DNA of 11,265 bases from Candidatus Nanohalarchaeota archaeon (GTDB lineage: Archaea > Nanohalarchaeota > Nanosalinia > Nanosalinales > JAFCCC01): the NCBI GenBank assembly GCA_017610385.1, contig JAFCCC010000014.1:1-11265 (forward strand). Reading direction: 5' to 3'. A program made the position numbers and the translations under genes. Positions 1-6,249 of this stretch are shown piece by piece (the stretch's first letter is position 1; each line of letters opens with the position of its first letter). The notes under the pieces were generated by a model that was given only the letters and a program-made list of their open reading frames with translations, searched no databases and was not told the DNA's origin.

Positions 1-625
1 TAAATCCCTTTTGTATAGCTTCCTTTGATAATGTTATATCCTCCTCACAAAACTCTTCTTTCATTGCTAAAACCGTTTTTGTAAGTCCATTTTCTAAGCA
101 ATAAGCTATACCTTTCTGTACCTCTGTTTTTGGTATTTTAAATTCCCCATCAAAGAATAGTTTCAGTAAGGTATAATCCGTAAGATTCCCGGTTCTTATC
201 GCAGTGATAGCAGCATTTCTTACTTCTTTTTCTGGTAGTGTTATACTAGTCCCAGATAATTTTTCTAAATCCAACAGATGCTCGTTCAGATAAGAGAAAT
301 TACCCTCTCTGAACCATGAAAGTGCTAATTCCTGTGCTAACTGTTCAGATATGCTTACTTCTTTTAAACCTAGCAAGTCTTGCCATTCGTCTATTCTCTC
401 TTCCTTTCTTCTCAGAAGATATTCATATGCTGCCTGTTTTTCTGGCGCTGATAAATTTATCTTTCCTTGTGATAAATTTTGCAATGCACGATATGAATTT
501 AAATCCCAACAGTATGCACAATCAAGAAGACCTTCTTTAAGTCTTTTAGTAACTTTTTTCGGATCATACCCGATTCTTTCAGCAGTTTCGACTAAATTCC
601 TGCTCGAATTGTTTATAATGCTCAT
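1..625 (-). CDS. Hypothetical helical-repeat (solenoid-like) protein, 3'-truncated by the window edge
   Basis: Hand translation from ATG at 625 gives 208 open codons to base 1 (MSIINNSSRNLVETAERIGYDPKKV...KEEFCEEDITLSKEAIQKGF). GGAGA SD lies 7 nt upstream. Degenerate repeats recur every 34-38 aa. Absent from the ORF track, presumably because it has no stop in the window. Confidence 0.85.
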   Translation of the reverse strand, partial: MSIINNSSRNLVETAERIGYDPKKVTKRLKEGLLDCAYCWDLNSYRALQNLSQGKINLSAPEKQAAYEYLLRRKEERIDEWQDLLGLKEVSISEQLAQELALSWFREGNFSYLNEHLLDLEKLSGTSITLPEKEVRNAAITAIRTGNLTDYTLLKLFFDGEFKIPKTEVQKGIAYCLENGLTKTVLAMKEEFCEEDITLSKEAIQKGF

Positions 626-632
626 TTAATTG

Positions 633-637
633 TCTCC
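633..637 (-). promoter_or_regulatory. Shine-Dalgarno site for the repeat-protein gene
   Basis: Minus strand reads GGAGA-caattaa-ATG. Confidence 0.6.
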
Positions 638-685
638 AGTTATTTTTATTATTTAATAGTAACTACACTACAATTGTCGTTTGAG

Positions 686-700
686 TTTATAAGTGTTTCC
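686..700 (-). promoter_or_regulatory. Putative archaeal BRE/TATA promoter for the repeat-protein gene
   Basis: Minus strand GGAAACA-CTTATAAA, implying a TSS near 660 and a ~35-nt leader that contains the SD. Confidence 0.5.
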
Positions 701-721
701 TTAAAGAAAACTTAAATTTAT

Positions 722-737
722 CAGAAAGATTTATATA
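722..737 (+). promoter_or_regulatory. BRE + TATA box of the Lrp gene (probably leaderless mRNA)
   Basis: CAGAAAGA-TTTATATA; the first T of the TATA box (730) is 30 nt before ATG 760 and no SD is visible. Confidence 0.7.
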
Positions 738-741
738 GTAG

Positions 742-756
742 TCTTAAAAATTAAGA
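742..756. promoter_or_regulatory. 15-bp inverted repeat, candidate Lrp-family operator
   Basis: TCTTAA-AAA-TTAAGA: perfect 6-bp arms with an A-only centre, between the TATA box and the Lrp start. Confidence 0.5.
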
Positions 757-759
757 ACT

Positions 760-1218
760 ATGGAATTAGATACGCGAGATAAACTACTTTTAGAATTATT
801 GCAAAAAAATTCAAGAGAATCTTTAACTAATCTAGCCAAGAAAATAAATCTTTCTATCGATTCAACTCATAAAAGATTGAAAAAACTGAAGCAAAAAGGA
901 ATAATCAATAGATTTGGAATTTATATTGATCCAAAAGCACTGGGGTATGATTTGGTTGCTAATATTCAAATAAAACTGAAGAATATAAGCGAGGAAGAAT
1001 TGAATAGTTTTATTTCCTTTCTTACAGCGCATAAAAATGTAATTGAATTGCTGACTACCTTAGGAGAATATGATTTAACCTGTGTTATTATTTCAAAAAA
1101 TACAGGAGAACTAGAACAGATTTCAAGACATATAAGACAAAAATTTAAAGAATTAATTGCTGATTGGAAAAGTGGAATTAATTTGAAGGTTCATAAATTT
1201 GAAATATATTCTTTTTAA
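760..1218 (+). CDS. Lrp/AsnC family transcriptional regulator
   Basis: N-terminal HTH (LDTRDKLLLELLQKNSRESLTNLAKKINLS...RLKKLKQKGII), linker IDPKALGY, RAM domain (TLGEYDL); 152 aa. Confidence 0.95.
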   Translation: MELDTRDKLLLELLQKNSRESLTNLAKKINLSIDSTHKRLKKLKQKGIINRFGIYIDPKALGYDLVANIQIKLKNISEEELNSFISFLTAHKNVIELLTTLGEYDLTCVIISKNTGELEQISRHIRQKFKELIADWKSGINLKVHKFEIYSF

Positions 1219-1253
1219 ATAAGTTTAATACATTTAAAGTATAACTTTCTTTT

Positions 1254-2234
1254 ATGATAGTTTTAGGAATCGAGAGCACGGCACATACCTTTGGAATCGG
1301 AATAATTAAAGATACTAAAATTCTTTGTGATGTTCGAGATATGTATAAACCAAGAGAGGGTGGAATTCATCCTGCCGAAGCAACTGAACATCATGTAAAA
1401 GTTGCACAGAAACTTCTTAAACAGGCATTAAAAGAAGCCGAAATCAAATTAAAGGACATAGATCTTATTTCATTTGCTCAAGGACCAGGAATGCCACCTT
1501 GTTTAGATGTTGGTGCGGTATTTGCTCGTTCATTGTCCATAAAATTAAATAAACCTTTAATTGGTGTTAATCACGCTATAGCACACGTGGAAATAGGAAA
1601 ATTGCTTTCTGGCGCAAAAGATCCAGTAATTCTTTATGTTTCTGGAGGAAACTCTCAAATTTTAGCGTTTTCAGCCGGAAAATATCGTGTTTTTGGTGAA
1701 ACCTTAGATATTGCTATAGGAAATGCATTAGACAAATTTGCTCGTTCTTTGGGAATTCCACACCCAGGCGGGCCAAAGATTGAAAAATTAGCATTAAAAG
1801 GAAAGACACTCATAGAACTTCCATATGTTGTCAAAGGAATGGATTTCTCATTTTCTGGATTAACAACAGCACTTCAACAAAAATATCACTCTGACAAATT
1901 TTCAGACGAAGATTTATGCTATTCATTCCAAGAATATGCTTTTTCTATGTTAATTGAAGCTGCTGAGCGAGCTGTTGCCCATTTAGGTAAAAAAGAAGTT
2001 TTGTTAACTGGAGGGGTCGCCGCAAATAAAAGATTTAACAAAATGTTGAAAATTATGTGTAAAGAAAGAGGTGCAAAACTCTTTGAAACACCTTTAAAAT
2101 ATTGTAGTGATAATGGAACAATGATTGCTTATTTGGGATACATAGAATTTAAAAATGGTAGACGCACGCAACTTAAAAATAGTGAAAAGAGACCAAATTG
2201 GCGCGCAGATCAAGTGAGTGTAAATTGGATTTAA
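1254..2234 (+). CDS. kae1: tRNA N6-threonylcarbamoyltransferase Kae1 (KEOPS subunit), not fused to Bud32
   Basis: LGIESTAHT, GGIHP, QGPG, metal-binding HxxxH (NHAIAHVE), YVSGGNSQ, GETLDIAIGN, GGVAAN, DNGTMIA and C-terminal WRADQV. Confidence 0.97.
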   Translation: MIVLGIESTAHTFGIGIIKDTKILCDVRDMYKPREGGIHPAEATEHHVKVAQKLLKQALKEAEIKLKDIDLISFAQGPGMPPCLDVGAVFARSLSIKLNKPLIGVNHAIAHVEIGKLLSGAKDPVILYVSGGNSQILAFSAGKYRVFGETLDIAIGNALDKFARSLGIPHPGGPKIEKLALKGKTLIELPYVVKGMDFSFSGLTTALQQKYHSDKFSDEDLCYSFQEYAFSMLIEAAERAVAHLGKKEVLLTGGVAANKRFNKMLKIMCKERGAKLFETPLKYCSDNGTMIAYLGYIEFKNGRRTQLKNSEKRPNWRADQVSVNWI

Positions 2235-3989
2235 TTACTTAAATTTCCAACGAGGATCTGTTCTATTTTTTATTTCTACTATTTCTTCTAATACATTTAA
2301 TTCATCGTCGCTTAAATACTTCTTATACTCTTGGAGAAGTTTATAATCCTTTGATTTAATATTAACATACAAAATCTCATTACTTTGTAAATTTCTTCCG
2401 AGTACTGCTCCTTTAATTGAAACCGCTACTTCATCACCCTTTACCGCGGATTTTACAGATTCATTATCTTTCTGAATTGCTTGAACTTTTCCAATTACAT
2501 TTCCCTTTAAATTAATTACTGAAGAATCAGCCTTTAGAATGCCTCCACCAATTTCAACGCCGATAACTACTGGATTCGAATTTCTAAAAACGTGTTCTGG
2601 AAGTAAAATTAATTTTGCTGGCCTAGAAATTGAATCCAAAATCTGATTTATTTTTTCTTTTTCAACAAGATCTCTCCATGCGATATACCGATCTATTAAT
2701 TGGTAAATTACCTTGCTTGTGAAAACTTGAACTTTTTTCTGTTCTTTTAATACTTTCGCAGAATCTGTCATGCTTGTATTAAATCCAAAAACCAATTGAT
2801 ATTCTCTGTCTCCATTTTCAGCGTCTATAATATCTTTCTTTGTAATTAAACCCACTTCAGCTCTTTTTACAAGTATGTTGTTCTCTTGGAATATTCTTGC
2901 AAGTGCTTCTAAGCCTCCAATCGAATTAGCTTTTATTACCACCCCTTTCTCTGATAGGGGTATTTGATTCACAATATCTTCAAATTCTTCTGTAATTTCG
3001 CTTAGTCTTTCTATATCGGGAATTGAAATGATAGTTGAACCAGCTTGAATTCCATCACAATTTTTTAAAACTAATTTAGCACCACATGCAGGATAAATTT
3101 CTAGAACCGGTTTGAACTTTTTTTCTTCTTTTAAGTCTTTTAAAGGTTCAGCTTTTAAAATCGCTTTAATATCCGAAACTCTATTTTTACCTTCTGCTCT
3201 GAACACAATTTTGTCTTTTTTTCTAATGACTCCGTCATAAAGAATGATATCCAAACTTGGACCAAATCCCTTTAATTCATTAATTTCAAGAACCGTCGCT
3301 CTGCCAAATTCTTCCTTAACTTCTAATCTATTTTTTAAGTATTGTTGTGATAGACCAGATAGAACCATCAATAATTCAGGTATTCCTTCGCCTGTTTTAG
3401 AGGAAATAGGCACAATTCCCGCTTTTTTAGTATAATCTTCAACTCTATCAAAACGATCAACATCTATGTTATAATGACTAAAATCCCTCATCAATTCATA
3501 AAGCTTGTTATCTAAATCCTGTTTAACTTGTTGAGATTGTTGATTGTAATTATTCAAGAAATAATGCTCTTTTGGTTCCCAACCAGGCATCTGATCAATT
3601 TTATTTAGTGCAATTATAAAAGGAGTTTTCGTGTCTCTTAAAATATTAATAACTTCTTTAGTTTGCTCTTGAACGCCTGTTTTTTGATCTAGTATTAAAA
3701 CAGCAATATCTGATAAAACACTTCCTCTTCGTCTTAAAGAAATAAAAGCTGCGTGTCCTGGTGTATCAATGAACAACAAACCCGGAATTGTTAATTTCAA
3801 ACCAAATTTTGTGATTAAATCCCCGCAAACTTTTTGAATTGTATCTAATGGGACTTCTGTTGCACCAATGGATTGAGTTATTCTTCCGGGCTCCTTTGCG
3901 GCAATCAAACTTCCTCTTACAAAATCCAAAAAAGTCGTTTTTCCAGAATCTACATGACCTAATACAGATATAATTGGTTGCCGTATCAT
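2235..3989 (-). CDS. infB: Translation initiation factor aIF5B (archaeal IF2)
   Basis: MIRQPIISVLGHVDSGKT (G1), EPGRITQSIG (G2), IDTPGH (G3), NKID (G4), HVFRNSNP in domain IV. ATG 3989 preferred over the track's TTG 3998; 584 aa, no intein. Confidence 0.97.
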   Translation of the reverse strand: MIRQPIISVLGHVDSGKTTFLDFVRGSLIAAKEPGRITQSIGATEVPLDTIQKVCGDLITKFGLKLTIPGLLFIDTPGHAAFISLRRRGSVLSDIAVLILDQKTGVQEQTKEVINILRDTKTPFIIALNKIDQMPGWEPKEHYFLNNYNQQSQQVKQDLDNKLYELMRDFSHYNIDVDRFDRVEDYTKKAGIVPISSKTGEGIPELLMVLSGLSQQYLKNRLEVKEEFGRATVLEINELKGFGPSLDIILYDGVIRKKDKIVFRAEGKNRVSDIKAILKAEPLKDLKEEKKFKPVLEIYPACGAKLVLKNCDGIQAGSTIISIPDIERLSEITEEFEDIVNQIPLSEKGVVIKANSIGGLEALARIFQENNILVKRAEVGLITKKDIIDAENGDREYQLVFGFNTSMTDSAKVLKEQKKVQVFTSKVIYQLIDRYIAWRDLVEKEKINQILDSISRPAKLILLPEHVFRNSNPVVIGVEIGGGILKADSSVINLKGNVIGKVQAIQKDNESVKSAVKGDEVAVSIKGAVLGRNLQSNEILYVNIKSKDYKLLQEYKKYLSDDELNVLEEIVEIKNRTDPRWKFK

Positions 3990-3998
3990 TTTAATCAA
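3984..3998 (-). repeat. 15-nt sequence TTGATTAAAATGATA, identical to 5121..5135
   Basis: Plus strand tatcattttaatcaa occurs at 3984-3998 and 5121-5135, spanning the infB and rpl24e start codons. Confidence 0.8.
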
Positions 3999-4011
3999 TT
4001 AAGACTAAGAT

Positions 4012-4082
4012 GAAGAAGATTTTTATAATTGGAGCAAGGCAATACCACAGTAATGCTCGTAGTAGTATATATAAACTTTCTG
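4012..4082. promoter_or_regulatory. Divergent promoter region of infB and the epimerase, with two TATA elements
   Basis: TTTTTATAA at 4020-4028 is preceded by GAAGAAGA on +. TATATATAAA at 4066-4075 reads CAGAAAG-TTTATATA on -. Confidence 0.55.
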
Positions 4083-4097
4083 TACATTGTGTATTGT

Positions 4098-4955
4098 ATG
4101 AACCAACCAGCGTATAAGCTATCTAATAAAACTCTTGAAGTGCAAATTAGACCTGAAACCGCTCAGGTTATTTCAGTAAATTTAGACGGTAAAAAACACC
4201 AGTATATTTGGCCGGGAGGTAAATCCGATTATCTTGGTGCTGGATGGCAAAATTCTGATTTAATTATGTTTCCAGTAGTTGGTCCAGTACCAGAAAATCA
4301 ACTTTTTTACAATGAAACGTCTTGTACTATGATTCAACATGGTATTAGCAGATGTTTGCCTTGGTGTATTGATTCTGAAAGTGATAATAAAATTTTAAGA
4401 TTGATCCAAAATTATTTGGGGGAAACAAGAATCCCTGTTAGATTTAGTAATGAAACTGTTGAAATTTCTTGGCCATTCTCTTTTAAATTAATTAGTTCTT
4501 TTGAATTAAATGACAACGAATTATTTGAACAACTAGAACTGATTAATGAGTCTAATATGCCTATGCCATATGGTTTGGGTAGACACCCTGCTTTTAATTT
4601 GCCAGAAAGACCACATCGTTCTAAAATTGAGATTGAAAGCAAAACAATTAAACAAATAATATCTTTAGGGGATCTACGTTCTTTGACTAATTGTGTTGCA
4701 TTTTTAGAAGACTCACAGTTTATTCGACTTACTGGAGAAGAAAATGGAGAACTCTTTTTAGTTGAATTAGAATTCCCAGATTTTGGAAATAGCATGTTGT
4801 GGAGTCCAGAAGAAGCACAATATATTGCAATAGAACCAACTACTATTCTTCCAAAAGATGAACTTTTATATAAAAAACTTGATCAAAGAAAGGGAGCGAA
4901 AATTTTAGATCCTAATTCTTCTGAGTTTTATAGAACCATAATTCGGTTTGCATAA
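4098..4955 (+). CDS. Aldose 1-epimerase / galactose mutarotase-like protein (LacX-like)
   Basis: Family motifs YIW, FPVVG, QHGISR, PYGLGRHPAF and LWSP..YIAIEP with the catalytic His/Glu positions retained. ATG 4098 is 30 nt after a TATA box; in-frame ATG 4053 is an alternative; the track's TTG 4029 is unlikely. Confidence 0.85.
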   Translation: MNQPAYKLSNKTLEVQIRPETAQVISVNLDGKKHQYIWPGGKSDYLGAGWQNSDLIMFPVVGPVPENQLFYNETSCTMIQHGISRCLPWCIDSESDNKILRLIQNYLGETRIPVRFSNETVEISWPFSFKLISSFELNDNELFEQLELINESNMPMPYGLGRHPAFNLPERPHRSKIEIESKTIKQIISLGDLRSLTNCVAFLEDSQFIRLTGEENGELFLVELEFPDFGNSMLWSPEEAQYIAIEPTTILPKDELLYKKLDQRKGAKILDPNSSEFYRTIIRFA

Positions 4956-4970
4956 AGGTCAAAAATCGCC

Positions 4971-5126
4971 TTATTTTATAGGCTTTGAAACATACTTTAA
5001 TTTTCGTTTCCGGCCCCAGTGTTTCTCACATTTACCAGAACAGAAATAATATTTTGAGCCGTCACTTTTAATATACATAAGTCCTGTTGTTTTTGGTATT
5101 TCTTTGCCGCAATAACTACATATCAT
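4971..5126 (-). CDS. rpl24e: 50S ribosomal protein L24e (eL24)
   Basis: Hand translation MICSYCGKEIPKTTGLMYIKSDGSKYYFCSGKCEKHWGRKRKLKYVSKPIK* (51 aa) with the CxxC...G.MY...DG...FCSxKC zinc motif; canonical position after rps28e. Confidence 0.95.
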   Translation of the reverse strand: MICSYCGKEIPKTTGLMYIKSDGSKYYFCSGKCEKHWGRKRKLKYVSKPIK

Positions 5127-5141
5127 TTTAATCAAATCTCA

Positions 5142-5321
5142 TTAAGAGTCCATTTCTGTTTCAGTTAGTGTGAGAATATCATTAATTCTGACCGGACCCA
5201 TAACCGCTCGCACTAGAATTTTACCTTTTTCTCGACCATCTAAAATCTTACATCTAACCTTTTGAACTCCTCGATGACCACTTCTTCCCAAAATTTGTAC
5301 AACTTTTGCTGGTACACTCAT
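5142..5321 (-). CDS. rps28e: 30S ribosomal protein S28e (eS28)
   Basis: PAKVVQILGRSG...VRCKILDGREKGKILVRAVMGPVRINDIL.LTETE; ATG 5321 preferred over TTG 5330; 59 aa. Confidence 0.95.
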   Translation of the reverse strand: MSVPAKVVQILGRSGHRGVQKVRCKILDGREKGKILVRAVMGPVRINDILTLTETEMDS

Positions 5322-5333
5322 TTTAACCAAGTC

Positions 5334-5696
5334 TTATTCTTTTAGTTCTTTTATCTTGTCAATAATTTCTTTTACTTCTTTCTCTGCAGAACCAACTTCA
5401 CAAATCGCGACAGAAGATGTTTGAACATTAATTCCTGTTGCCAAACCCAATTCTTCTTTTGATGGAACAAAGATATAAGGAATTTCCTTTTCTTTGCACA
5501 AGATTGGCAAATGCATAACAATTTCTGGGGGCGTAATGTCTCCCGCAATTACTACAAATTTAGCAACATTTCTTTCTACAGCTTTCGTAGTCTCATTAGT
5601 TCCCTTTCTTATTTTTCCTGTATCTCTAACTTTTTCAACAATTTGATAAATTCTTTCTACAAGGTTTTCTGGAACTTCAAACTCAACATAACTCAT
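5334..5696 (-). CDS. rpl7ae: 50S ribosomal protein L7Ae (eL8; K-turn binding)
   Basis: [53 protein letters not shown]. Confidence 0.98.
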   Translation of the reverse strand: MSYVEFEVPENLVERIYQIVEKVRDTGKIRKGTNETTKAVERNVAKFVVIAGDITPPEIVMHLPILCKEKEIPYIFVPSKEELGLATGINVQTSSVAICEVGSAEKEVKEIIDKIKELKE

Positions 5697-5703
5697 TTTT
5701 GTA

Positions 5704-5749
5704 CACCTCTCTTTACTCTATGATTCAATAAAGTGTAAACTTTATAAAA
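5704..5749 (-). promoter_or_regulatory. TATA box (5741-5749) and SD GAGGTG (5704-5709) of the rpl7ae-rps28e-rpl24e operon
   Basis: Minus strand TTTTATAAA...GAGGTG-tacaaaa-ATG. Confidence 0.65.
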
Positions 5750-5753
5750 CTAT

Positions 5754-6215
5754 TTAAGGAGTCACTATTTTACTAAGTGCGTTGACTTTGTTTTCTACAG
5801 CAGACAGAATACTATCTAATTGAGCAATCGTATTTCTGTCGCCCTGTAGTGTTTCCTCTATTTTCAGAAGTTCGTCTTCAAGAGTAGTAGACATCCCACT
5901 CATTTCTTGTACTAGCGATTCAGCTTCAAAGAATTTATTTCTGCTTATGAACAACGGACCTTTATTCATTTTTGGAATGATCAATTTTTTTATTTCTGGA
6001 GGCCGCGGAATTTGCATTTTTTGTTCTAATCTATTTTGTAATCCAAAGTTTTCGGGAGCTAAATCTCCTGATTCTTGACCCAATGAAGTATCTTCTACAG
6101 ATAGAGCTACAGGACTAGTTGGAACTCCCATCTGAGCCACCTTATTTCGAATAATTTTCATATCGTGACTTAGATGATTATTTATAATTTCTTTAGAATT
6201 TTCCTTCCGTTTCAT
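5754..6215 (-). CDS. Hypothetical protein: low-complexity/Pro-rich N-terminal half, PLFI motif, C-terminal coiled coil
   Basis: 153-aa ATG ORF filling the gap between gltX and rpl7ae; TATA-like TTATAAAA at 6249-6242 upstream; heptad pattern after KGPLFISRNKF. Confidence 0.8.
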   Translation of the reverse strand: MKRKENSKEIINNHLSHDMKIIRNKVAQMGVPTSPVALSVEDTSLGQESGDLAPENFGLQNRLEQKMQIPRPPEIKKLIIPKMNKGPLFISRNKFFEAESLVQEMSGMSTTLEDELLKIEETLQGDRNTIAQLDSILSAVENKVNALSKIVTP

Positions 6216-6249
6216 AATAGGTACTTAATAGAGTTTTTGGTTTTTATAA

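Noticed and set aside
316-629. Plus-strand ORFs 316..540 and 351..629
   Set aside because: Antisense shadows of the longer minus-strand CDS 1..625, which has an SD, a promoter and a repeat structure.
3244-3435. 63-aa plus-strand ORF
   Set aside because: Antisense within infB; no motif.
4412-4795. 127-aa minus-strand ORF as a possible ndk remnant
   Set aside because: No NDK motifs (IKPD, PGTIRG, HGSD); Ser-rich antisense shadow of the epimerase.
3984-5135. 15-bp direct repeat as a target-site duplication or att site for the epimerase
   Set aside because: The repeats enclose rpl24e, sit exactly on start codons, and no integrase or transposase is present.
5511-5723. 70-aa plus-strand ORF
   Set aside because: Antisense to rpl7ae, with F/S/N-biased shadow composition.
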